DNA of 39,434 nt, taken from NCBI GenBank assembly GCA_022813965.1, contig JALDZS010000076.1, positions 62,001 through 101,434 on the forward strand, read 5' to 3'. Position 1 is the stretch's first letter. The number at the start of each line of letters is the position of its first letter. A program made the translations under genes and the position numbers. The stretch comes from Toensbergia leucococca (lineage: Eukaryota). Of the stretch, positions 22,222 through 33,602 are shown one piece after another. The notes beneath the pieces are model-generated. The model searched no databases. It had not been told where the DNA came from and worked only from the letters and a program-made list of their open reading frames with translations.

Positions 22222-23182
22222 ATGCGAATACATCTTGTGTTAAACCTCCTGCTAGCTTGCATCTCCCCCCTGGTAGCAGCCACTGCTCTCACCTACAAGC
22301 TGAGCCCCAACGAGAAGGCATGCTTCTTCAGCGCCATCGAGAACAAGGGCTCCAAGATCGCTTTCTACTTTGCCGTACAGTTCCCTCCGTCCCACTCTCC
22401 AAATCCTCATAAATGTTAAGCTTGGCATCATGTGGACTAACCCGCCTGCTTGACTCCCAGGTCCAATCCGGCGGCGCCTTCGACGTCGACTACAGCGTCG
22501 TTGGCCCCAATGAAAAAATCATAATGGAAAGCACAAAGGAGCGGCAAGGCGACTTTGTGTTTACGGCGAACGAGGTCGGGGAGTACTCATTCTGCTTCAG
22601 CAATTCAATGAGCACTTTCGCCGACAAAATGGTAGATTTCGAAATCACTGTATGGGCGCCCCCCCCCCTCCTTTTCTTCCCCACCCCCCCAACACAGCCT
22701 CCGCTACAATACATATCACTGCTGGCCACGCAACTCGATTCCTGCAAGACTGACAAATCCGCGCCTCGTCGGCCCCTCCCAACAAAAAAAAGGTCGAAAA
22801 CGAATCCCGCGCCCAACTCCCCAGCAAACAAGGCACCTCCCCCGAACAAACCTCCGCCCTCGAAGAATCCATCTTCAAAGTCTCCGGCCAACTCTCCACC
22901 ATCAACCGCAACCAGAAATACTTCCGCACGCGCGAGAACCGCAATTTCAGCACCGTCCGGAGCACGGAGCGGCGCATTTTCAACTTCAGCGTGGTGGAGA
23001 GTGGCTTGATTATTTGTATGGCTGGGTTGCAGGTTTTTATTGTGCGGTTCTTTTTTCAGGGGGCGAGGAAGGGTGAGTTTTTTTTATATTACCCTTCCTT
23101 TTTTTTTTTTTTTTTTTTTTTTCTCCCTTGGGGGTGGAAGTGGGGTTTTAGTGAGGCTAATCGATACGTAGGGTATGTATGA
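22222..23182 (+). CDS. p24/emp24/gp25L family ER-Golgi cargo receptor (gamma subfamily, Erp2/3/4-like), 4 exons
   Basis: Signal peptide; GOLD domain (EKACFF...FYFA/VQSGGAFDVDY...GEYSFCFSN); coiled coil QKYFRTRENRNFSTVRST; TM helix and tail LQVFIVRFFFQGARK/GYV*. Confidence 0.92.
23099..23122 (+). repeat. Poly(T) tract (24 nt) in the last p24 intron
   Basis: Directly visible. Confidence 0.85.
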
Positions 23183-23896
23183 GCTTGTGCGGACGGCATT
23201 TGGGCTGGTGGAGACATGGATGCTATATCGGGGTGTGAGACCATCGGAAACGCTTTCGAGATCTTCTGCGAGTTGCTAGTTGTATGTATAAGACCAAGTT
23301 GTGGGAATGCCGAATGCAAGGGCAGAAAGTGGAGCTGCCAGACTACGTCTGACCATGAGAGCACCCAGTTCGTTGATCTCGAATCCGAATAAGATATCCG
23401 CTCCGCCATCGATGGTCTTCGTGACTGATGTCGTGCCTGGGAGATGGAGGCTGTGAAGGTTCCAACGTGGGGTGTGACCTACGATAATACTGCCACCATG
23501 GTCCATGTTTCACATAGAAATAACATTGATTCGCTCCTCAGACATGTCTGGTGTCCCTTCATGCTCTCATTTGACACGTTTGTCTCAAGGTGTACTTGAC
23601 TGTATTTAAATTCAACGATCTCGAGGCACATAGCAGGTAATGTTCCATCCCATATCTTAGTCAACGCCGTGCTGCTGGAGAATCAAGTGGGATCTAAAGA
23701 GCCCAGCCTGTGAAATATTCTACAGTGAATGTTCTATCCTCTCCTCCAGACCCTTCCCCGGTACAAACGCCATATACATGCACAGAGGTCCCAGCAAATG
23801 CACATAACCTCCACATACGTCCCGCAAGCCATGCACATGGAGAGGAAAGGCCACCCGATCCCATCCCCAGCGATTCATTCGAATAGCCCAGCCGGA

Positions 23897-26800
23897 TCAC
23901 GTCTCTTCAACTGCACTATGACTCGAGCTAGGACGAAGCCTCTTAGAATCTCGCTCCGTGTTCGCTGAAACGCTAGCCCGCCTCTTTTCTTTCTCTCGCT
24001 GATGTTCTTCTTGACGTGAGACTCTCTTTGCTAGTTTAGCATCTTGAGCCTTACGCTCGTTCTCCTTGCGAAGAGCTTTGGATTCGAATTCATGCCAGTC
24101 GCCTTGGAGATCTTTGAGTCTGTGTCTTGGGTCAGCAGAGCAATAGAAAATTGCACGTAGGTAGAAAGGAGCATACTCGACAGCCTGCCTTGGTGCTGGT
24201 TCTTCCGTTGTAAAGTACGGATGTTCCAGCACGTCCCCTGCAGTCGGCCTCTTCACCGGATCGTACAAGAACATAGCTTGCAGTAAGTCAAAAGCGGCGG
24301 GAGTAAGCCTGTCTCGGAACTTCTCCGCAAAAGTGTTGGGCTTTCTCTCCGCCGGTCTCAGCAACTCGAACCAAGCCAAGTCGACTAAACCTGGCCATTC
24401 CGATCTCGTGGGCGTACCCAGTACATTGTAAATTTTGTCGAGCTGGTTGATCTCACGACCATCGCCAGGAAAGATGGCATGCCGGACAAATATCTCGACC
24501 ATAACGCACGCGGCACTCCATATATCTACAGCAGGCCCATATTGGGTTTCGCCGAGAAGAAGCTCTGGGGGTCGATACCAAATCGTAATGACGCGGTTGG
24601 TGTAATCAAGCTGACGACGTTTGGCGAAAAAGCGGGCCAGGCCGAAGTCAGCGAGCTTCAGCTGGCCTGTGCTGCTTACAAGTATGTTAGCGGCTTTTAT
24701 GTCACGATGGAGCACGCCACGACGATGTAGGTAATTGAGCCCCTCGAAAAGCTGCTTTGCAAGATGCTTCTTGTGTGCATCCTCGAGCTTGAAAGTGGGA
24801 TGATTGAGGAGACCTGTCAAGTCGTGTGATAGGTATTCGAAAACCATAAAACAATCGTTCTTTTCAACCATTACCTCCTGTAGGCTGACCACATTATCGT
24901 GCTTCAATGATTGGAGGAGCTTGATTTCACGGACAGCGGTCACTGGAAATCCATCTTTTTCGCCTTCCATGCGGATCTTCTTAAGAGCTACGAGGCTTTT
25001 GGTGTAGACATGAATAGCCTTGAAAACTTTGCCGTATGTACCAGACCCTACTACGGACTCGTTACCAGGCTTTCGAAAGTAGACGGATGTCGATGCAGCG
25101 AACTCGGTGGGGAGCGTAAGTTTCGGTTTGAGGCGCTTCATGATTTTCTTCTCCATTCTAGGCTCTGGCGATCTTTCTCGCTCTCGCTCTCGCTCTCTGT
25201 CCCGTTCTGTCCGACGTTCAATACGATGTTCCCCACGGCGCTGGTCACGAAACTCTCGATCACTTTGCCTATCGTCTCGAGTGCGGTACTCGTCTCGGTA
25301 CTCACGATCCCTACGGTCATCGGTTCGATCCAGGCGAGAGTCGCCCCGATGTTCTGTGCGAGTCCTTGGCAAGACTTCGTCTCTAGACGATGAGTGTGGA
25401 GCTACCTTGGTCTTTGAGCTGTCAAAAACTGTATCTTTACGAGTAGATTCTTTCATCTTCAACGCTAAGTCGGGTACCGGCTTTGCGGCTTGTGGAGGTG
25501 CGGCTTTAGCCTTAAAGGCAAAGCTGAACTTGGAGGCTTCTTTGGCCTGGGTAGCTCCAGTGTTTTGTCTCGAAGGCGGTGGCATCTTCTTCCCGTCAGG
25601 AGATGGTCCATTCTGCATGTCGTTATTATCATTGCCATTTTGGTCTTCAACTTGCAAATCCTTCGATGGTCGGAATGGATTGTCGTCATCGTCTGATGCA
25701 GCGTCCGATTGTGTTCCTGATTGTTGCTGCTGTCGTTGCGGAGGACTCTGGGATTGACCGGAAGGATGGAGATTATTTTGGCTTTGATTTCCCTGACCCC
25801 GACCTCGACTTCCACCACTCGCAGTCCATTGAAGGTTTTGAAAATGGCCACCTCTACCTCTGGGTGCATGGATTCCATAGTTCGGAGGACCTGAGCTAGA
25901 GAACCGACGATCATGAGCTTGATTGAAATTACTACCTCTATAGTTCGAGTGGCCGCCTCGAAATGATTGGGTTTGAAAGTTAGGCGGAATCTGTTGAGGC
26001 GGCCCAGTAAACTGACCATGCTGGTTATTAGGGTAGTACTGGCCTTGAGGGCCATTCTGCGGCGGGTAGCTATTTTGACGAAAGGGTGGAGAGTATGAGT
26101 TGACGTTGGGACTGAAAGATTAGTAAAGAAGGGCAATAACGTAAGGGGGTACTACATACACGGGCTGACTGTGGAATTGTTGCTGTTGCCCACCCCAGCC
26201 ACCTCGCCCACGACTGTAAGGCGAACCAGATTGTGGAGAACCATGATGCGATGAGGTTGGTGTCATGTACTGCGGAGAAGTAGAGTATGAATGTCGTGTT
26301 TCGAGTTGGGGAGGACCAGGTCGATGTGCCCCATGTATATCGCTCGCTTTCATGCCGTGTAGAGGAAATGCCTCCCTCATGTCTCCTGGGTTGTGGCTCT
26401 CGGAATCAAAGCTGGGTATAGGCCGAGGTGGAGAAGGCGGACGAGTGCTGTCATCCAGGACGGATTGAATAGGCCTCGTGAAAGATTGCATCTTTCTACC
26501 TTCTCTTGCTCTTCCGGTATTACGAGGCGACCGGGACCTTCGCACTTGTCTTGATTGTATGCGGGGTGGCGTATTTGACTCCCTCCGTCGACGATCCGTA
26601 GCCTGATATCTATCCGGCGATGTTTGTCGAGAGCGGGGCAGTCGAGCGTAAGGTGACTCGGGTTCTCTTGACCTTCGCGAACCCCGCGGCAAGGACTTCT
26701 TTCGAGGCGGTGGAGATGTTTTTCTGGAACGTCTATCAATCGAGGGAGAGCGCCTACGGTTCGGAGATGGGTATCGCTTTTCTCTGCTCAACGGTGATCT

Positions 26801-27421
26801 TGAGCGATGTCGTCTTTTTGAAGGAACGTAAGAGTCTCTAATCGAGCGATCTATAGACTCAGGGATATCGTCGTAAGATGAATAATGGTTGTCTCGCGGC
26901 GAACGATGTGGGGAAAACTTCCGGGTCCGACGTCTGCTGCCCAAGCCAACTGCTCTGTCAGCACGGCCAGGATATTCTGGACTACGACTGGTTCTCCGGT
27001 CGTCTCTATAATCGAATGATTCACGGTAAGCTAGTCTAGCGGGAGACCTCCTGCGTCTTTTAGATGACTTGGAGCTATTTCGATGTTGGGGCCGGTCTGG
27101 ATGTCGTTCCTCACTTAGCCCCCTTGAGCGTTTAGATGGACCTTCACGTTTCGAAGGCCTTTGATGGGAGAGAGCTGACTCCCTTCTGTCTACTTCGGTA
27201 GAGACCCTGCCGGGCTTTGATATCCTAGTTCTAGATGGTGAACGTGAAGCAGGGTCAGTGGTGGCTCTACCCTTTATCTTGACACCAAGGTCCGGACCTG
27301 CAGCGGGTGATCGATGACGCCGCACGCGTCTGTCCTTAGCTCTGGGATTGTTATCTGGTCTGTATTCGTCTTCAGCTCTCCACTGATCTCTCATCGACGG
27401 GCTCCGTTGCGACGCAGCCAT
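23897..27421 (-). CDS. CTK1: RNA polymerase II CTD kinase alpha subunit (Ctk1/Lsk1, CDK12-like) with long RS-rich N-terminus; 3 coding exons
   Basis: VGSGTYGKV, VALKKIRM, GFPVTAVREIKLL, LHRDIKAANIL, LADFGLAR, DYTNRVITIWYRPPELLLG, GDWHEFESK. Introns near 26158-26112 and 24176-24120 join the ORFs. Confidence 0.9.
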
Positions 27422-27494
27422 GTAATCGCTGCAGTCATTGGGTCAGTGGTAGATTTCACAGGATGCCTGGTCAAATTAGGTGTAGCCTTCTTAG

Positions 27495-27566
27495 CTAGCC
27501 GAGAGCGAAAAAATGTCAGTCAACCGTAGTAGCCTCTTGGAGACAGGAGTTTCGCACGTGACTTAC
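27495..27566 (-). other. Predicted 5'-UTR intron of CTK1 (72 nt)
   Basis: AG/GTAAGT donor at 27566, GACTGAC branch point, pyrimidine run and TAG acceptor at 27495, 74 nt upstream of the ATG. Confidence 0.65.
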
Positions 27567-29254
27567 CTACGACTCGTACTCGTACAGTCTGGAATTGGAG
27601 CAAAGTAAACAAGTCTGCTGTCACCCTCCTTTCAACACTTCGTTATGCTGTTGTATCTGCTTTACGTGGATTTGCTGTCTGCCCGGGGGGCAATAGCAGT
27701 AGTGCCGCCCGATCCTCGGTAGTTCTTTTCTTCTAGGCGACCGTGCATCCCATGACTCTGGTGGAGTGTCATCTCACGAGCATGTCTATCTAAGGTACGA
27801 AAGGTGTACGAAAAGCAGCCGCAGCATCACGTATCAACCCACAACATCCCGCGATATATCATAGACAAGACCCATCAGCTGATCTATCCACGATCTTGTA
27901 GCTTTGGCCTTCATTTCAACTTTTCTCAAGCTGCTGCAAAGACAAACGATGGGCACCCTACCTCTATAGAACAGCTGCAGCGGTAAAGCTGCCTTGATTA
28001 GTACCTCCTTAAACCCCTGAAAATGGCTGACCGCCGCTGGCTTGGTGGGGGTAATGAAATTCATCCTGCATTATCGTAGGTATTCTCCGGTTTGAGAGAC
28101 GCAAAGATAGCGTCCTTCTGACAAGTGGTATCTTGACAGTCCAAGTCATTCACAAGCCACCCACCCAACATCATTTTTAGATCTGATGGGTAGTTTACCG
28201 GACTACTCTCGTTGCTTGCATCTAACACCCGGTGTCATGGATCCGAAACATGTCCGCTGATGGGTTTTGCTATACGGAAAGTATGCTGTGTACTCGCTTT
28301 AGAGTCAAGGGCGAAATTGAGATTCTTAGTAATTAGTACTGTTCTTCCCAAAGTATCCTCGATAGCAATCTCGCCTATGCCCGGTGTAGACTGTTGCCGA
28401 ATACAGTACCTAGACTGCGAAAGGCTCCCGCAAGCTGGAAAGCCATTTGTTATCCTCATGGTCAGATAGATACATGCACCCAATCGCTCGCGGTCCTAGT
28501 GTACATCAACTCTCTACCGGTCGTAAGCCCACGCTGAGCTTGAAGAGTAGATGATCGCCTGAATCTAACAGAAGAGCATGTCCTTTCAGAGACGAGGGTA
28601 TGAGAAAAATTGATCCCATTTGAAATTAAGTATTCCTCAAGTTACCATGTGCCCCAGGACTTTGAACAGGTTGGTTGTTGAAGAAGTGAGGTCGGCACAT
28701 CGCTTACACCACTTACGCTAGAGTACTAGTCTCCACCTCGCACTAAAAAAAGCTCCCCTGGCTGCCGCTTTTAGGGTGACGCAGCAATAGGTACCATGAA
28801 AGCATGAGGTACTCCGTACTCCGTACCTTAGCTTAGATAGGTAGTTGATGAATGCTCACTACAGGCTATACTCATCCTTTCAAAGGGGCATCTTTTTCTG
28901 TTATCGCCTTCTTTAACATGGAAGGAAAGGTGAAGTGGGAGGAAGCAGGGTAGAGATCATGCATTTTTGGCTGTTTTCAAGCTTTCTCCTTTCAAGAAGC
29001 TTAAGACATCATACCTCAGCATGATTCTCTTCAAAGAGTTAAATTTACAAGAGCCTTATTCATGGAAGCTTCACTCAAGGGAACTGCATTCAAGAGACCT
29101 TCTCCCTTCTCAATCTGTCTTTTCTTCTCCTCGTGACCTCGGGTTGAAGACAGGTATTCTTTCAAGACCCATAAAGCAGAAATCCTAGCTAGATATTTTA
29201 CCTAGATCACTGTCCTAAACTCTTCTCATTATCCATCCATTCTCGTCTGTTGAC

Positions 29255-30516
29255 ATGGCCAATAGGCACCTAAAAGCAAGGACAGATGAGTCTAGGGTTT
29301 CAATTACCTCGTCACTCGCGAAAATGATAGATCTCACTGCCAGAACTGTCGCACACTTGGCTAAGACTTTACATGACCCAGCTGCAGTAGCGCAAGTTCT
29401 ACTTCATCGGATGTTCAACATCCAGTCTCAAATCTCTAGTGATTCAACGTTGTCAAGAACTTATGAGCCAGCTTCACAAGTCTCATTTCATCAAAAGTTC
29501 AAAGAGATTGGTCAAGGTACTTGTGGGAAGGTGTTTGCTCTTGCTGGTGTCTCAAAAGTGGCGAAAGTTCCTTTGACCTCGGCTCAACCGGAAAAGCTCT
29601 ATAATGACTGCTGTATGCATAAGCTGATCGAAGAAGCTTTCGATATGGCGCCTTCGCAGTACAGCCGAGCCCTCTCCATCCCAAGGTTTGAGGAGTGGCT
29701 GGCTCCGGACGCAATTGGATTTTGGAAAGAGTATGGTCCTCGTTTCCCTGGAGAGTGCCCATCGTTTTGCTTAATTTCTGAGCGGATTTTCCCACTGCCT
29801 GCACCACTCCGACAAGCGCTTTTCCGCTCCTTTACGCCACCGAGTCTGAGAGAGCGCGACTTCCTAGCGTCTGACACTAACAAAGACTGTCTTGTCCGAA
29901 TATATATGGGAAGAAGAACGAAAGGCTTCTCAAGAAAAGAGGGGAAGAAGTTTAGCTTGCGCAACTTTGAGCTACACGTGAACGAGATGGAGACTATCGG
30001 CTTACCTCTTGACGAGTACGCGACAATAATGGCAAATGCATATTCCATCCTCCACTGGAAAGCTCAAGTAGATGCTGATGATGTTGAATTTTGGGTAGCT
30101 CCCCAATTTCGAAGAAAGGGCGGACTGCTAAGGAGCTGTTGAATAGCTCTCCTTTCATAAGTCATCGAAGCGGCTCAGACATCGGTTACAGCCGTCGCTC
30201 AATTGGGTTGTGGCTCCTGGATTTCAACAATTGCCAGCGAATTACAATGAACACCAAGGGAGTAAAATTGCTGGTGAGAGCGTTCTGGAACAACGATCCA
30301 TATACTCCTCGTCCATCCGCGGATCATGATATTGATGTGGAACTATGGGACCATTTCCGTCAGAGATACCTAGAAAGCAGCTTTGGATCGTTGAGGAAGG
30401 AACTCCGCCACCTACCCCAACTATTTATTGAGGGAGTGGAAGCAGAAGGAAAGAAATGGAAAGCTAGGAAAGTAATTGCTGGAGAGGGTTCCCTCTTTGC
30501 AGCAATTGCGAAATAG
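29255..30516 (+). pseudogene. DUF3669-type (annotated 'zinc finger') kinase-like protein gene with one frameshift
   Basis: IGQGTCGKVF, VAK, LISERIFPLP, NKDCLVRIYMG, FSLRNFELH, LHWKAQVDADDVEF in one frame; LGSSP...LWLLDFNNC...AFWNNDPYTPRP in the next. Frame changes at about 30090 with no intron signals. Could be an assembly error. Confidence 0.7.
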
Positions 30517-31486
30517 AAAGGAATCTTTGAATTTTAAAGTCAGGATCAATCAATTAGAAGGTGGGGTCAGTATACGGCCAGACTATACACAGATAACTAC
30601 CTTTGTCGCAAGGGGCAGAGGGCAAGGTGGAGGCGAGTATGAGCACCAGTGCAGGAAGTGAGTCAAACATGAGTCTACCAAAATCTCAAAATTTAAATCC
30701 TTCCAATATTCAAATAAAGATTTCATTCACATATACAGGGTCGGATAGTGCAATGGGATACGTCCCTGTCGCCTATCCTACAAAAATCCCATACCATATT
30801 CATCTCGGTTCGAACCCCAGTGGTGTCTCAGATCGTTGCACGCATTACCGCTGTTTCCTGAGTCGCTACTGGCCTTTCGGCTGCGGATGAGGTATTTCGT
30901 ATATTTTTGAGGTTTTTTTTGGAGCGAAAGTTTTTCCGTGATGTTTTTGGGGGCATAGATTGACGGACGATCTTTGGCTGACGCGATCTTGATGAAGGAG
31001 GGATTCATAGAGCTCTTTCGTCCCCCTCTCCAAAATTGGCAATAGGGCACTGTCATCGAACCGGAAAGAGGTGTCGCTGTATTGATTCCCTATAGATACA
31101 TATCCTGTCCAAGTAATGGTGCAGCTCAATTACCATAGTCCTCGAGATCACAAGCCAAAATAGCCAATCAGGACGATAGAGCGGCAATCACTCGGTTCTT
31201 GGCTGCAGGTGAGGCTCGCGCGGATTTCTGTCTTCTTAGCAGATTGTAAATTATAAATGGCCAAGTCCCTTAGTCCTCGCTGCTACGAGCAATCGTACGA
31301 ATACCTTACTCAAGTAGACCGAATCCCTATTAATCCAGTGTACATACATTGCTCGGACATGCTGAATGCGCCCTGCAAACCAGATACCCGCCCCATTTCA
31401 AATAGTATAAATTATGAGAATCGCTTCATACAACGTCCATTTCCCCCTGTTGAACCAACCTCATGACAGATTCATTCTATCAAGAT

Positions 31487-32824
31487 TCAGTCCAAGTCAA
31501 GGGTGGCATAATCTATGCCTTCTCCCTCGTTCGATCCGTTTTCGTCACTATCTCCACTTTCTGCCGTTTCTGATCCCTCGGTAAGCTCGTTTTCCTCCGT
31601 AGGCGGAGCCGTAACCCAGATATCCTCAAAGGTATATTTGTCGACATAACCCCATATCATCATGTCGAGAAATTTGGTGTGCAGGTTCAGATTTCGTCGG
31701 ATGCCCTCTCGCATGACCAACTCATCCGGACGCAAGATCTTTTGGCTACCTGAGCCCCATCCTTCAATGATTCCCTTTCCAACCTCCTGGGCAGGCACTC
31801 CAAGAATGCTCATCCCGTGGTGTCGCGGCGGTTGATATCTCCACCTGACAAACATCCGCCACACGTCCAACTGATTCAGCAACATCTCCCTATTCAGCAC
31901 TTTCCACAACGTCGATAAGGTTCTCTGTGCGAGCAGCATCTTCCTGATGTTGTTTTCGCCTCCCCCACTTATAGGATCCGTGAGGCGCATGTCGAGCTTA
32001 AGAAAAAACATTGTTGCAATGAACAAGTCCTTGTCCTCCCAGTAAACCTTGTTGTGCATGAACCCGATTCTTCTAGCATTGTCGGAGATATCCATAGTGA
32101 ACCAGATCTTCTTAAGTACCAAGCTCGCGCGCTTAGGGAGACGATGGCCTTCCGCCGCTAGGCACTCGATGATGCCGTCGACAACCTTTTCTCGGAACAG
32201 AATCATCCGAAGCCAGCGGAAGCTAGGTACAAACCTTATCTGACCCTCTATGTCTTCGTTCGGGCGAGAGGCTGGGTCATGAATACAAAGATTCTTGAAG
32301 CATTTGAACCTGAACATTTTGGATGATTCTGATGCTTTACCGAGAGACTGCGCTAAAATCAACGCGGTAAAGCGACCGTTGACGAGGAAATGGAAGTCCT
32401 TGGAAATGGCGTAGAGTGAGATGAGATCTTCGACGTCCAAGTGCTTCGCAGTCTCGAAGATGAGCTCTGGATGGTTCAATAGAGCCTTGAAGACACTAAA
32501 CTTGTTGAAGTCGAGCTCGTAAGATGGTGGATCGCCGTCAAACCAGTAAACTCGAGGATCGCTCTTCGGGGGCGCAGGAAGCTCTGGGACACGAGCTGGG
32601 GACTTGCTTTTCCGACGATTGTATAGCGAGCCCTTTTCAGATGAAAACACAATATCGGGCATTATGCCATATGACGCGCGGTTAGCTTTGTTATTACTAG
32701 ACGTTGCAGGGCTTGTCTGCACACTGCTCGAGGTAAAAGGTGCCCTTCCTTCTTCCCTGTCATTCCTTGTTCGAGTTGGAGACCGGTCACCATTGTTGAG
32801 AATAGCACTTATTGGGCAAGCCAT
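31487..32824 (-). CDS. Fungal hypothetical protein with N-terminal F-box-like segment, single exon, 445 aa
   Basis: Long ATG-started ORF; LLNHPELIFETAKHLDVEDLISLYAISKDF matches the LP-E-I...L...DL..L..VSK F-box pattern; acidic C-terminal tail. Confidence 0.75.
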   Translation of the reverse strand: MACPISAILNNGDRSPTRTRNDREEGRAPFTSSSVQTSPATSSNNKANRASYGIMPDIVFSSEKGSLYNRRKSKSPARVPELPAPPKSDPRVYWFDGDPPSYELDFNKFSVFKALLNHPELIFETAKHLDVEDLISLYAISKDFHFLVNGRFTALILAQSLGKASESSKMFRFKCFKNLCIHDPASRPNEDIEGQIRFVPSFRWLRMILFREKVVDGIIECLAAEGHRLPKRASLVLKKIWFTMDISDNARRIGFMHNKVYWEDKDLFIATMFFLKLDMRLTDPISGGGENNIRKMLLAQRTLSTLWKVLNREMLLNQLDVWRMFVRWRYQPPRHHGMSILGVPAQEVGKGIIEGWGSGSQKILRPDELVMREGIRRNLNLHTKFLDMMIWGYVDKYTFEDIWVTAPPTEENELTEGSETAESGDSDENGSNEGEGIDYATLDLD

Positions 32825-33602
32825 TTTCTGGGATCAACTGTGCTGAGAAGAGCTTGCGAGAGCTGGCGTAGAGAGGTTGTGGTGATATTCTAAGGGCCGA
32901 GATTTGTATGTCTAAAGAAATGCATTGTAACGTATTGGAAGAGAGGTGTGTTTGTGTAGGGTGAAATGTTTGAATAAGTAAAGTACGGAAGACGTAGGTT
33001 TCGATATGTGGTGTGGCAGAATCGTTGGGCCTATTGACAACAGCCAACAATAAGAGATAAATAGACTTAGCTCTCAACACTTACTCGCCATGTTCTTCAC
33101 TTAGGTACGGGACTTCCAACACACTACTTGGTATAGCAGCTATCAACACAGGATGCACGAGGTAATCCGATCTTGTGGTCCAACATTGCACAACACCCAT
33201 ACATCGGCGCGAGATTCAGTGAGAGAAGGGTTCGATGACCTGTTTGATATCCTATACAATACTCCCTTGCCCTTGCGACTTCTATGCAACGAACCTTACT
33301 AGCCCCTACATACCATGACTGCTTCTCGAAGGTCAGAAGAGCTTCCTCAATGCAAAAAGGATGTTGTATGTTTGGGGAATCTGTATTGATCATGACAACC
33401 TATAATGGGACTCCTTGCCTGTTGAGAGGCAAGTCTTCCAATACGCCAACGTAGTAGGAAAATACTTTTATTTGTCGTAAATACCGTCCGGTAAGAGAAT
33501 TGCTACTGCGTCCATAGTCAACTCCATCAATGCATTTTAGTGCTGTGTGAGCCTTCAGGCATGAGGAAGACACCCGGGAGCACAACGAAATAAGAAAATA
33601 CA

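Noticed and set aside
22375..22460. p24 intron 1 begins GTACAG, encoding the same VQ as the next exon
   Set aside because: The alternative donor would shift the frame; most simply a slightly weak ordinary donor.
24479..26841. Numerous antisense and off-frame ORFs over CTK1 (and similarly over other genes)
   Set aside because: Expected shadows of GC-balanced, repetitive coding sequence.
27800..28500. Short ORFs upstream of CTK1 on both strands
   Set aside because: No motif and multiple stops; cannot be distinguished from non-coding DNA without a search.
30600..31130. Overlapping short ORFs downstream of the DUF3669-type gene as a possible partner gene
   Set aside because: No coherent frame, splice model or recognisable product.
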